From the NCBI GenBank assembly GCA_964016885.1, contig OZ024759.1:32550001-32614000 (forward strand): DNA of 64,000 nucleotides, read 5' to 3'. Positions 38,265-51,339 of this stretch are shown piece after piece (position 1 is the stretch's first letter; the number at the start of each line of letters is the position of its first letter). The notes beneath the pieces were generated by a model. The model did no database searches and was not told the origin of the DNA. It saw only the letters and a program-made list of their open reading frames with translations. The DNA comes from Eledone cirrhosa (Eukaryota). The position numbers were made by a program, and so were the translations under genes.

Positions 38265-38390
38265 GTAGGAGGTGAGTTTTATTGTAGTACAATAAAGCAA
38301 TGCAGATATCGGATAAGAAGCACTCTACAGTTTGTGGGACTGGAGTATGCATAATATAAGATCAAAAGATGGTTAAAGGAGTTCCATATA

Positions 38391-38457
38391 TTTTATTATG
38401 CGCATTTCAAAAACAAACATCATCAAGCAATAATATTTGTGTTTTCATCAGATAAAA
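38391..38457 (-). ncRNA. type I hammerhead, family B
   Basis: Canonical family B motif, left arm of fold-back 38263-38670. Confidence 0.85.
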
Positions 38458-38565
38458 CAGGAGAACATGATATGAAGGCTAAAAAACACTTGTGGATAGT
38501 GCATATGTTGATTTAAAACTGCACTATGCACAAGTGTTTTTTAGCCTTCATATCATGTTCTCCTG

Positions 38566-38632
38566 TTTTATCTGATGAAAACACAAATATTATAGCTTGA
38601 TGATGTTTGTTTTTGAAATGCGCATAATAAAA
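38566..38632 (+). ncRNA. type I hammerhead, family B
   Basis: TTTTAT-CTGATGA-...-GAAA-TGCGCA-TA^ATAAAA, right arm of the fold-back. Confidence 0.85.
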
Positions 38633-38664
38633 TATATGGAACTCCTTTAACCATCTTTTGATCT

Positions 38665-38703
<39 letters not shown>

Positions 38704-38710
38704 TATATAC

Positions 38711-38777
<67 letters not shown>

Positions 38778-38798
38778 CATATATATATACATATATAT

Positions 38799-38851
<53 letters not shown>

Positions 38852-39078
38852 ACTTTAAACAATACATAATGAGATATGTCAATAGATATATCAATTGAGA
38901 AACTATTTTGTATATATGTATAATTATCTATATTTACATATATGTTCTACATTTACATACATACTAGGAGTTCCTCAATAGATATATCCTGTTATATATT
39001 GTTTTAAGAGCTTTGTACTGAGAAACTTTATTGATGTCATTGATTTATATTTCATATGTATTGATTAAACCTAAAATT

Positions 39079-39130
<52 letters not shown>

Positions 39131-39134
<4 letters not shown>

Positions 39135-39335
39135 AACGAGTAGGACCCCGACGGCTGAGCTCAAGCCCTTTCGACGGCTAATTCTGGACTTTTTTTTTTT
39201 TTTTTTTTAGTCCAGAATTTGCCATCGAAACAGCTTGAGCTCAGCCGTCAGGGTCCTACTCGTTCCTATTACCCACTCTACTAGCCTAAGTATTGAGTAC
39301 TTTGGTGCGTTATGGTTCCTTACCACATTTCCTTC

Positions 39336-39338
<3 letters not shown>
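39131..39338 (+). repeat. family G fold-back unit
   Basis: Inverted arms around a poly-T spacer, then tail containing ACTC..GAGTAC. Confidence 0.7.
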
Positions 39339-39369
<31 letters not shown>

Positions 39370-39372
<3 letters not shown>

Positions 39373-39696
39373 ATCTTCATCAGGCAGTGACGGTCCACAG
39401 AATCAAACGCCTTTCTAAAGTCAATGAAAACCATGACCGCAGGAAGGCACTTTGCTCTAGCTCCCTCTAATATCCTCCTCAGCATCAGGATGTGACTGGT
39501 GGTTGATCTTCCCTCTCTGAAGCTGTTCTGGTTGTCCCTGAGCTTCTTATCCATCTAAGGCTGGATCCTGTTAAGAATCATCCTGTTGAGGGTCTTTGCC
39601 ACAAGTGACGTCAGTGAGATCCCCCTGTAGGTGTTGGTGTTAGAGAGATCTCCCTTCTTTGGCACTGGGACGATGTTACTGATCCTCCACTGATTC
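39370..39696 (-). mobile_element. inverted 5' segment of an RTE-group LINE RT
   Basis: IVPVPKKGDLS..YRGISLTSLVAK..NQNSFREGRST..FIDFRKAFDSVDR..LMKI. Confidence 0.9.
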
Positions 39697-39698
39697 GA

Positions 39699-40700
39699 GG
39701 AATCCCCAAGAAGATAGTGGACCTGATATCACTGCTCTACACAAACACCAAAGCCCAAATCATTACACCTGATGGGATGACAGAGTTCTTTGAGATACTG
39801 GCTGGAGTGCTCCAGGGAGATACATTGGCCCCCTACCTTTTTATCATTGTAGTGGACTATTGTAGGCACCTTGCACTGGAGAAACACCAGGACTCTGGTT
39901 TTACTGTAGCACCGGCTCAGAGCAGGAGAGTTAAGGTGAAAAAGATATCGGTTGCTGAATTTGCCAACAACATAGTTTTGGTGACAAATACAGTGAAGAA
40001 GGCGGAGGATTTGGTGCAGGAGGTTGAAAATGTGTCGATGAGTGTGCGGCTGAGAATGAATGAGACTAAAACAAAATATCTGGTAGAGAATGTTGAGAAG
40101 CCAGAGGGGATCACTAATGTAGGCGGAAAGCCGCTAGAATTGGTTGAGGACTTCCTGTATTTGGGAGCAAAGATTAGGAATACAGAAGATGATGTGGTTG
40201 AGAGGAAGAGCAAAGCCTGGGTGGCGTGCCACAGCTTGAGATCGGTGTGGAAGTCGGACCTTCGTAAAGACCTGAAAATCTGCCTCTTCATCGCTGTACG
40301 GGTCTGAGACTTGGACACTGACCAAGAAACTCACTCAGATGGTGGATGGGTGCTACACGAGAATGCTGCGGATGGCTCTCAGCATTAATCAGTATACACT
40401 GAGGATGAAAAACTCAGAGCTGTGCGGGAGCCTCCCAAAAGTCAATCCAAAAGTGACACAGAGGAGACTGAGGTTAGCTGGACATGCTCACCGACATCCA
40501 GAGTTGACATTGCACTCAGTGCTCCTGTGGGAGCCCCTACATGGACACACTGGAAGAGGAAGACCAATGTTAACGTATGTTGATGCCCTAAGGACAAACA
40601 CTGGTCTGTTGGAGACGCAGGACATGGCAGCGATAATGAGGGACAGAGACCGCTGGAGAGAGCTCGTCCATGGATCTCGGGAATTTTACCCGTCCTAGAG
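39699..40700 (+). mobile_element. 3' segment of the same RTE-group LINE (decayed RT and C-terminus)
   Basis: GIPKKIVDLI..GVLQGDTLAPYLFIIVVDY..FLYLG..RRLRLAGH..GRP. Confidence 0.9.
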
Positions 40701-40703
40701 ATA

Positions 40704-40918
40704 TATAATGAAGGAAGTATGGTAAGGAACCAGGTGGTCCATAACACAGCAGAGTACTCGATACTTTGGGTAGTAGAGTGGGTAATAGGAAAAGGAGTCA
40801 GGAGCCCGACGGCTGAGCTCCGGCCGTTTCGACAGCTATTTATGGACCTAGCTATTTCTGTCCAGAAATAGCTGTCGAAACAGCTTGAACTCTGCCGTCT
40901 GGGGTTCTGACCCTTTTC
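40704..40918 (-). repeat. family G fold-back unit
   Basis: Reverse-complement relative of 39131-39338. Confidence 0.7.
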
Positions 40919-41264
40919 ATATATATATATGAAATTAGTGGTTTGACCAAAAGAGGTCAATAAAATAGGTACTAGACTAACAGAAAAAAAAAGTATTGGT
41001 ACCGATATGATTGACTGTAATTTTAGTACTCCAAACAAATCAATATGACGTAAATAAGTTTAAATTACTTCATCATCTTGTGACTTAGAGTTGGTGACTA
41101 ACTATGATGCTGTGATAGTTACTTAGTTATGGAGTTGATAAAGATATCTCTCTCTCTTTATATATATATATATATGTCCATGTATGTGTATATATATACA
41201 CATATAAATGTCCATGTGTGTGTATATGTATATACATATATATATATATGTCCATGTGTGTGTG

Positions 41265-41297
<33 letters not shown>

Positions 41298-41359
41298 CAC
41301 ACACACATAATATATATATATCAAAGTTAGAATTATTTTATCAATTCTCAAAGGAGATT

Positions 41360-41461
<102 letters not shown>

Positions 41462-42176
41462 AGATGTTCTTAACAACATACACAATATCTTGATAATAGT
41501 TTCTATTATTTGTTTGAAGAGTCATGTGGTGACCGACCTACCACTTTAACAGGTGGGACAATCATGTATAGAAATGAATAATAAAGTATATAACAGCTAT
41601 ATATAGTGTACACAAGAGCAGATTAAGACTTTGAGATGGGTGTGGGGTCGGCAGTTCAGGTTTGGTGGGTTCCTCACATTACACACACACATATATGTGT
41701 GTGTGTAAAAGGTGAACAGAAATAACAAAACAAACGACACAGTACAGGGAAAGAATATATTAGCTTAACGCTTGAAATTGCAGGAAGAGAGTCTTAAAGT
41801 TTTGGACACTTGATGTGTCTCTAATAAATCCCACATTATCATTACAGGATATAGTAATACCGCTGATGTATCTCTAACAATGCCCACATTGTCTCGATGA
41901 TGCGTATGGAAGATTACAGTTGTATAAGCAGAAGCAGAATGCAGCCTCCCAGCCTATCATGGGGTCAGTATTTCTATTTTGAGTACCAGGGCGGTCTGAT
42001 GATGATCTGTCCAATCCACTGCTCTCTGTCCTCTGAAGTATTTTTACCCCACACTGTCACTGAGAACATTTGGCTGTTATCACAGCTATTTTTACATTGA
42101 GGTTTCTCATTTTTCTATGAATTCAAATATACTCACAATCCGCCTCGAACAGAAACAACAATATTTATTCATTTAA

Positions 42177-42396
42177 CCCTTTAGCATTCACATTACTCTA
42201 TATTTACTATTATATTTTCACAGAAAAAGACGATATCACAATATTATCTCACATAATATCAAATCTATGAGATTTTGATAATATTTATTTTGAGAACAAT
42301 ACCTTAATGTTAGTATGAGTGGCCAGTTATGACCAGTTTTAACATAAAGAGGTGAGAGAATTCTGGCCAGATATGGCCGGTTTAAATGTTAAAGGA
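42177..42396. mobile_element. piggyBac-type MITE
   Basis: TTAA flanks, CCCTTTAGCATT TIR. Confidence 0.85.
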
Positions 42397-42487
42397 TTAA
42401 ATAGCATTTTGTTTGAAAGCTACCACAATATGAAATGTTACAAATATAACAATCATGGTGGGACGTTACCTTGCTGTTCTTTATAGG

Positions 42488-42524
42488 CCATATATATTTC
42501 AGGATATCATCCCTTCATCAGTGG
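42488..42524 (-). ncRNA. minimal type I hammerhead, family F
   Basis: CCA-CTGATGA-AGGGATGATATCCT-GAAA-TATA-TA^TGG. Confidence 0.75.
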
Positions 42525-42840
42525 ATAGAAAAAACTAGTTTGGGGTTGTTTCTTCTATTGAAAGGATGATTATCCTGAAATGTAAATCTTTAACATTTAC
42601 TGTCCATTTACTGTCCATTTCGCATTGTGGTAGGTTTCAGACCAAACACTGTAGCAATACCAGTCTAAACACACGATTCCTTATCAAGAATCTTGCAAAA
42701 CAAATACAAAAACGAAGTAGTGTAAACTTTAGCCAAGCTAGCAAAATATTGTAAAACACTTATGTTGTGTTGTCTAAAGAATATCATAAAAACTGGACAA
42801 CTTTACTTCTGAGATCAATGGAACTCCTCTGGAGTGTGTA

Positions 42841-43293
42841 CCATCATCATCAACATCACCATCATCAACATCAACATCATCATCATCAACATCATCATCA
42901 TCATCATCAACACCAACAACATCATCAACACCAACACCATCACCATCACCATCAACACCAACAACATCAACACCAACACCAACACCATCAACAACATCAA
43001 AATCACCATCAACACCAACAACATCACCATCAACACCATCAACATCAACATCATCACTATCAACACCAACAACATCACCATCAACACCAACACCAACACC
43101 ATCAACACCAACACCATCAACACCAACAACATCAACACCATCACCAACACCATCACCATCAACACCAACAACATCACCATCAACACCAACAACATCACCA
43201 TCAACACCAACAACATCACTATCAACACCAACAACATCACCATCAACACCAACACCATCACCATCACCAACAACACCAACATCAACACCAACA
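42841..43293. repeat. CAT/CAA/CAC trinucleotide tract
   Basis: Directly visible. Confidence 0.9.
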
Positions 43294-43392
43294 TGAAGAA
43301 GAAAAAGAAAAGGAAGACGCTAGAAGAATTAAAAGTTGTCCTTGGTGGGAATCGGAACTCAGATTGTAAAAACCAATATTGGTTTGTGATTT

Positions 43393-43570
43393 AGGCACAA
43401 GGCCAACAATTTGGGGGCAAGGGAAAGTCCATTAAATCAACCCCAGTGCATAACTGGTACTTTATTTTATCGACCTCTGTAAGGAAGAAGACAAAGCTTA
43501 CCTTGGCAGGATTTGAACTCAGAGCGTAAAGGGACGTAACTCTATGCCATAAAGCATGTTGTCTGGCGCA
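43393..43570 (-). mobile_element. SINE family 3
   Basis: Reverse complement of family 3 body and B box. Confidence 0.8.
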
Positions 43571-43971
43571 TCACCAAGAATATAAAAAAAAACGTCCCCC
43601 CCCCACACACACACACCGCCACCACCACTCCACCCTAAACCCACAATAGAAGACAATTTAAGGATGAAAGGTGTAAAATTAATCATGCATATTCATTTAG
43701 TCATTGACTAATTAGTTAATATATTAATTTGCTAATTAATTGGAGCTAAATTATCATTAAACGAACATTTTAGAGAGATACTATATATTTACTTTATTCT
43801 GTGTGTGATGTGTATGCACGTATGTGTTTTTATGTGTGTGCATGTGTGATGTGTGTGAATGTGTGTGTGTTTATATGTATGTGTATGTTTGATGTGTCTG
43901 TGTGTATATATATACATATATATATATTAATTCAAAATATTAATAAATATAGACATTCATGTGATCAAATA

Positions 43972-44037
43972 TATTTTATTATATATATTTCAGAGGTACT
44001 GTGCTGTTTCATCAGTACGTCCTCATCAGATAAAATA
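43972..44037 (-). ncRNA. type I hammerhead, family C-related
   Basis: TATTTTAT-CTGATGA-GGACGTACTG..CAGTACCTCT-GAAA-TATATATA^ATAAAATA. Confidence 0.8.
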
Positions 44038-44187
44038 AATTGATGTATGACATACCTCAACTGTGCTGATGATTCAATTCCAGTCTTGGCAGTGATTAGT
44101 TATGACAAAACTCAATATTTATATACCATGAGTAGCTACATGACAAACTACATATAATTGGGTATATATATATATATATATATATAC

Positions 44188-44520
44188 ATCATCATCATCA
44201 CCATTTTACGTCCGCTTTTCCCTGCTTGCAAGGGTGGGACGGGAACTGATTCTGGGTTGATTTCTACAGCTGGATGCCCTTCCTAACACCAACCTCATTT
44301 ACAGTGAGTGCTGGGTGCTTTTTTGCCGTGGCGCCTACACGACCACTTTGCAGTGGAATGATAGGAACCCCAGTCCCTATCATCTACAGCTGAGTAAACT
44401 GGAGCAATGTGAAATAAAGTGTCTTGCTCAAGGAAACAACACATCACCCGGTCTGAGAATTGAACTCACAACCTTTCGATTGCAAAGCCAATGCTCTAAC
44501 CACTAAGCCATGTGCCTCCA
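44188..44520 (-). mobile_element. SINE family 1, full length
   Basis: Reverse complement of 4321-4661. Confidence 0.9.
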
Positions 44521-44726
<206 letters not shown>

Positions 44727-44846
44727 CACATGTATGTGTGAGTATTTATGAGGAAGACCCATCCCACCCTTGCAAGCAGGGAAAAGCGGATGTAAAATGA
44801 TGATGATGATGATTTTATGCATGTGTGTGATGTGTATATATATATA

Positions 44847-45420
44847 TGAGGGTGCATCAAAAAGTTTGTGGGAAAAGGACATTTGGAAAGGATGGTTTAA
44901 ATTATGATATTTATTTTTCAACATATGCTCTATCTAGGTCAGTACACTTCTGTAAGCAGCCTTTAACCCTTTAGCATTTAAACCGGCCATATCTGGCCAG
45001 AATTCTCTCACCTCTTTCTGTTCAAACTAGACATAACCAGCCACTCATACTGATGTTAAGGTATTTTTTCTTAAAATAAATAAGATCAAAATCTCATAGA
45101 TTCGATATTATGTAAGTTAATTATGTGAGGTAAAGACTTTACCGTGAAAATATAATAGTAAATATAGAGTAATGTAAATGGTAAAGGGTTAAGTCCATCT
45201 GTGTAAAACTGAAGGCCATGCAATGTAAACCATGTCAAAACAGCTTTTTTTATATCTTCAACTGGGGATCATTTTCAATCCCATCTTTTCCACTTCTAAA
45301 ATGACTTATCCATTTGTAGGTTGTTGATTTCTTTGGGGCATTGTCCCCATAAACTTGCCCCAGAGCGTCAATGATTTGGCTGATCTTCCATTCTAGCTTC
45401 ACCATGAATTTGATGTTTCA
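44847..45420 (-). mobile_element. internally deleted irritans-type (Hsmar2-like) mariner, interrupted by a piggyBac MITE
   Basis: 45417-45289 translates NIKFMVKLEWKISQIIDALGQVYGDNAPKKSTTYKWISHFRSG; C-terminus KKAVLTWF..FYTDGL / [14 protein letters not shown]; TIR TATGAGGGTGCATCAAAAAG. Confidence 0.8.
44967..45188. mobile_element. piggyBac-type MITE nested in the mariner
   Basis: TTAA TSD on both sides. Confidence 0.9.
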
Positions 45421-46039
45421 ATAGAGGCCATTGATATTATTATTTTGAGAACAATACCTTAACATCAGTATGAGCAACCTCTTTGAACAGAAAGAGGTGA
45501 GAGAATTCTGGCTGGATACAGCTGGTTTAAATGCTAAAGGGTTAAGGACCATGAAATGACAGATTATGGTCCTTTGTCAAAGGCCTTGTCTAGGTCAACA
45601 AAAGCTATTTATAGTGGCTTACACTTAGCTAGGAACTTCTCTTGTAGGGGCATCTGTCGTACTTTTCCCGGGCATAAAACCTAACTCCCATCTCATCTAA
45701 TTTGACCCTTTCCCTAATTAGTTGTGCTAGAACTCTTTCTGTCACTTTTATAACTTGGTTTGTTAGTTTTATTCCCTTGTAGTTGCTCCTTTATAGGGCA
45801 TCACCTTTTTCTTTGTAGCAATTATGATTATACTGCTGCACCAGTCATTGGGTATGACCCCTAATGATTATACTGCTGTGTCATTGGGTATGACCCTGTC
45901 CTGTATTATTTAATGGACAGCACAGATGAATAGTTCCACTCCTACTTCCCCAAATACTTTCAACATCTCAGCAACTATCTCTGACAGATCAGCAGCTTTG
46001 CTATTTCTCATCCCCTTCATTGCTTCTTTGGCCCTTTAA

Positions 46040-46255
46040 CCCTTTAGCATTTACATTACTCAATATATACTATTGTATTTTCCCAGGGAAGGCTTTATCT
46101 CACATAATCATCTCACACAATATCGAATCTATGAGATTTTGATATTTATTTTGAGAACAATATGTTAACCAGTATAAGTGGCCAGTTATGACCAGTTTGA
46201 CCAGAAAGAGGTGAGAGAATTCTGGCCGGATATGGCTGGTCTAAATGCTAAAGGG
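46040..46255. mobile_element. piggyBac-type MITE
   Basis: TTAA|CCCTTTAGCATTTA...AAATGCTAAAGGG|TTAA. Confidence 0.9.
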
Positions 46256-47384
46256 TTAAATGTCTGTTTCAAAAGCTGGTCCCTCTGTTGGGTCAGTTGG
46301 GGGTAGTCTCTCTTTCTTCTTCCCCTAATTCTCCACATTTATCAACCCCTCATCGTATTTGCAGGCCTCTTTCTTTTGGCTGTCATTTCAGACACACTTT
46401 TCCCCACACCCCGAACAACATCCTGGTTTTCCGTTGTCCCTGATCCGCGCTTCATAGACAGGATGCACTCCTCTCTATATTGTGGAGGGAAATGTCAGTT
46501 CTAGTATCTAAGATAAACTACCAGGTAGAGGATTAAAGGTAGGGTAGATAAGAAAGGAGAGACAGGGGGAATAAAATAGAAAGGAAAAACCCGGGGGGGG
46601 GGGGATAAAGAGGAAGAAGGAAAGAAGAGGAAAAAGAAAGGAAGGAAGAAGGTGAATAAGAGGAAGAGGAAGAAGAGAAGAAAACTGAGGAATGCCAGAA
46701 ATGGGAGGGGGTGGAGGAGGAGGGGGGTGGTAGTGATGGTGGAGATGGTGGGAGAGAGAGTCCAAAGAATTTCTCAAGTTTATTTCTTTACAACAAAAAT
46801 CAAACTAACAAACAAACAATAACAAAACAAAGCAAAACAATGTTTCTTTATCCTTCAGTCTTCCATTGTATTCTGTCGCCCCCCCCCTCTTTCATCCACC
46901 CTCTTCAGCCACCCCATTCTGGCACTTCTGTCCCTTCCCCCATTCATCCACCTTCTTCTAAAAAAAACCCTTCTACTACTACCACTCTATCTCTCTCTCC
47001 TACCACCAACCACCACAACTACTACTACTACCACCACCACAACTACTACTACTCCTACGACTACTACTACTACCACCACCACAACTACTACTACTCCTAC
47101 GACTACTACTACTACTACTACTACTAGTACTACTACTACTACTACTACTACTACCACTGCTGCTACTACTACTACCATCTTAAACTCTCTTCTACCACCC
47201 ACAACTCACCTGACTTATCTGACCTACTTACTGTAGTAATAGTAGAGATAGAGTGAAAAATAACAGAGGTGACAGAGAGAGAGAGCATGTGGGGGCTGGG
47301 AGAAATATATAAATAGATCTATCATTATCATCATCATCATCATTGTTTATCCGCCATTTTCCACGCTTGCATATATATATATAT

Positions 47385-47920
47385 ATCATCATCATCATCA
47401 TCATTTTACATCCGCTTTTCCCTGCTTGCAAGGGTTGGACCGGTCCTATTGAGCACATCATCTCTCCACTTGTCACAGTCCTTCGTCATCTCCTCGGTGA
47501 GTTTCAGCGATCTGAGGTCTGCTCTCACCACCTCCGCCCGTGTTTTCCGTGGTCTACCTTTCGTGGTCTACCGCTAATCTGATCACCTAGGTATCGGAAG
47601 CTATCAACCACTTCTATAGAACCCACCTGCATTGGAAAAATGTGTCTATCACTGTGATTACTACTGCCAACTTTACCTGGTCATCTACTGCATACATAGT
47701 TTTCCCTACCTGTTAATGTGCCTGCTATCCCACTACACCTCTTGTGTACCCAAGATCTGCATTGCGTACATGGCCATTTCCGCGATGGAATCAGAGTATT
47801 GTCCTCTCTTCTACTTATCAACACTTTTGTTTTAGCTATGTTCACTCTCAGTCCTCTTGATTCCAACTGCTGTTTCCATAGCCAGAATTTATTCTCTAGC
47901 TCCTCTACTGATTCTGTGAT
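47385..47920 (-). mobile_element. internally deleted RTE LINE
   Basis: LESRGLRVNIAKTKVL..WVHKRCSGI..VDSFRYLGD..GRPRKT plus (GAT)n tail. Confidence 0.85.
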
Positions 47921-48505
47921 AAGAAAGAGGTGAGAGAATTCTGGCCGGATATGGCTGGTTTAAATGCTTAAGGGTTAACCAAGGTTTTTACATAAAATTA
48001 TGATGGAATTTTTTTTAGATAAATATAAACACCGTTTAACCCTTTAGCATTTAAACCAGCTGTATCCAGCCAGGATTCTCTCACCTCTTTCTGTTCAAGC
48101 TAGCCATAACTGGCTGCCTATAATTATGTTATGGTATTGTTCTCAAAATAAATAATATCAAAATCTCATTGATTTGATATTATGTGAGATAAAGCCTTTA
48201 CAGTGAAAATACAATAGTAAATATAGAGTAATGAAAATGCTAAATAGTTAACAAAGTTTCTTACATAAAATTATGATAGAATTTAATTTAGATAAATATA
48301 AACACTTTAACCCTTTAGCATTCAGGTTACTCTCTATATACTATTGTGTTTTCATGGTAAAAGCTTTACTCCACATAATTATCTCACATGATATTTAATC
48401 AACAAGATTTTGATATTATTTATTTTGAGAACTGGTTACGGCCGGTTTGAACAGAAAGAGGTGGCAGAATTCTGGGCGTATATGACCAGTTTAAATGCTA
48501 AAGGG
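47921..48505. mobile_element. cluster of three piggyBac-type MITEs (first partial) with duplicated ~60 bp spacers
   Basis: Units 47921-47974, 48040-48247, 48311-48505. Confidence 0.8.
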
Positions 48506-48974
48506 TTAAGATAAAGAGATTCCTATCATTGGACCAGGGTGACTTAGTATCAAATGGTGATTAACAGAACTAATAATGTTTGGAATTTCATTTTCTTAGT
48601 CAAGCATAACCGAGTGACATATTTCATTGTTAGGAAATAGTTTGACCACTGATGTTATGTACTTACCTGTAAATATTTAATTACCCTTGATTCCTTGAGT
48701 AGAAAGGAGTGGTGGACTATTTCTCATTCAGTAGCATTTAAAATATTGGCAGTAAAGTGTAACAGGGCACTATTATATAAATATCATAAATATTTTTGTC
48801 TCCCAGCACTGGAATTTCAGGTGTGTAAGGAAAGGTAGCAACTTAATCAGGGCACATGCTTTCAGGACAATCCATACAACAGCAATAATAATTGTTTCTA
48901 CTTTTGGCACAAGGCCAGCAATTACCCCAGTGCATTACTGGTACTTTATTTTAACGACCCCGTAAGGATGAAAG

Positions 48975-49995
48975 CTGGCTGTTTAGTTGGTTGGTTGGTT
49001 GGCTGGCTGTCTGGTTGGTTGGCTGTCTGGTTGGTTGGTTGGCTGTCTGGTTGGTTGGTTGGCTGCTTAGTTGGTTGGTTGGTTGGCTGGCTGGTTGGTT
49101 GGTTGGTTAGTTGGTTGGTTGGCTGGCTGTCTGATTGGTTGGCTGTCTGGTTGGTTGGTTGGCTGGCTGTCTGGTTGGTTGGCTGTCTGGTTGGCTGGCT
49201 GGCTGGTTGGTTGGTTGGGTGGCTGTCTGGTTGGTTGGCTGGTTGGTTGGTTGGTTGGTTGGCTGGCTGCTTAGTTGGTTGGTTGGTTGGCTGGCTGGCT
49301 GTCTGGTTGGTTGGTTGGCTGGCTGTCTGGTTGGTTGGCTGGCTGGTTGGTTGGCTGGCTGCTTAGTTGGTTGGTTGGTTGGCTGGCTGGTTGGTTGGTT
49401 GGCTGGCTGGTTGGTTGGTTGGCTGGTTGGCTGGCTGGTTAGTTGGTTGGCTAGTTGGCTGGTTGGTTGGTTGGCTGGTTGGTTGGCTGGTTGGTTGGTT
49501 GGCTGGCTGGTTGGTTGGCTGACTGGCTGGCTGACTGGCTGGTTGGTTGGCTCATTAGTTGGCTGGTTGGTTGGTTGGCTGGTTGGTAGGTTGGTTGGCT
49601 GGCTGGTTGGTTGGTTGGTTGCTTGCTTGCTTGGCTGATTGGTTGGTTGGTTCTCTCATTGGTTAGTTGGCTGGTTGGCTGGCTGGCTGGTTGGTTGGTT
49701 GGTTGGCTCGTTGGTTGGTTGGTTGGTTGGATCGTTGGTTGGTTGGATGGTTGGCTGGCTGGTTGGTTGGTTGGTTGGCTGGCTGGTTGGTTGGCTGGTT
49801 GGTTGGTTGGTTGGCTGGTTGGTTGGTTGGTTGGTTGGTTGGTTGGTTGGTTGGTTGGTTGGCTGGCTGGTTGGCTGGCTGGTTGGTTGGTTGGCTAGTT
49901 GGTTGGCTGGTTGGTTGATTGGCTGATTGGCTGGTTGGTTGGTTGGTTGGTTGGTTGGTTGGTTGGTTGGTTGGTTGGTTGGTTGGCTGGTTGGT
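48975..49995. repeat. (GGTT)/(GGCT)n tetranucleotide tract
   Basis: Directly visible. Confidence 0.95.
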
Positions 49996-50235
49996 TATAT
50001 TACACCAGAGAGTATGACAAACAAACCTATATCACCCCACACACCCACACAGACACCCCCTCCAACACACCTACCCCTCACTCTCACACACACATACATA
50101 CACTGCCTACACAAACATACACACTCAACCATATACACGCACCCACACACACACACACAGATAGACAACATTTCAAGACTGAGAAATGTCTCATTATAAA
50201 GTTATTGAAATATGAAACTTCACAAAACAGTGGAG

Positions 50236-50308
<73 letters not shown>

Positions 50309-50338
50309 AGATCAAAAGATAGTTAAATGAGTTCCATG

Positions 50339-50409
50339 TATTTTATTATGCGCATTTCAAAAACAAATATCATCATGCAATAACATTTGTGTTTTCATCA
50401 GATAAAATA
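50339..50409 (-). ncRNA. type I hammerhead, family B
   Basis: Canonical motif with 8 bp stem I. Confidence 0.85.
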
Positions 50410-50846
50410 GGAGGACATGATATGAAGGTTAAAAACACTTGTGGATAGTGCAGTTTTAAATCAACATATGAAAAGTAGTTTTAGATTGATGTGTGATATT
50501 GGGGAAAAATCTTTTTTTGAGGGGGGGGAGATTGGAAAGGATGAAAAAGAGGAGGAGATGAGAGTAAAAAGTGGAGGGGGAGGAGTATAATGAGGAAGGA
50601 TGAGATAGGAGGAGAGATGGCTGATAGAGAGAGAGAGATAGCTTTTATAACTGAGAAAAATATATTGTTTTACATAGAGAGGTTGAAAAACCGTTGGAAG
50701 ATAATGTATAAGTTAAAAGAATTTGAAAATTAACGAAGAGAAAAATAATGTAAAGTTAAGGTTTGTATATTGAAGGGTTTAATAATATGTGCGATGAAAA
50801 GAAATTGTTACTACAATTTATTGTACTACAATAAAACTCACCTCCT

Positions 50847-50905
<59 letters not shown>

Positions 50906-50967
50906 CACATACACATGCACCTCCAATACATGTATCTCTCTCTCAAGATATATATATATATATATCT

Positions 50968-51258
50968 ATCTAAGGCGGGTAAAATTCCCGAGATCCATGG
51001 ACGAGTTCTCTCCAGCGGTCTCTGTCCCTCATTATCGCTGCCATATCCTGCATCTCCAACAGACCAGTGTCTGTCCTTAGGGCATCAACATATGTTAACC
51101 TTGGTCTTCCACTTCTAGTGTGTCCATGTAGGGGCTCCCAAAGGAGCACTGAGTGCAATGTCAACTCTGGATGTCGGTGAGCATGTCCAGCCAACCTCAG
51201 TCTCCTCTGTGTCACTTTTGAGCTGACTTTTGGGATGCTCCCATACAGCTCTGAGTTA
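50968..51258 (-). mobile_element. 3' end of the RTE-group LINE family seen at 39699-40700
   Basis: TQRRLRLAGHAHRHPELTLHSVLLWEP..RDRWRELVHGSREFYP. Confidence 0.9.
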
Positions 51259-51339
51259 TATATATGTGTATGTGTATGTATATACAGTATGTATATATAT
51301 ATATATATATGTATGTATATATGTATATATATATGTTAT

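Noticed and set aside
42767-43369. His/Gln-rich protein
   Set aside because: Trinucleotide tract flanked by repeat fragments; no splice support seen
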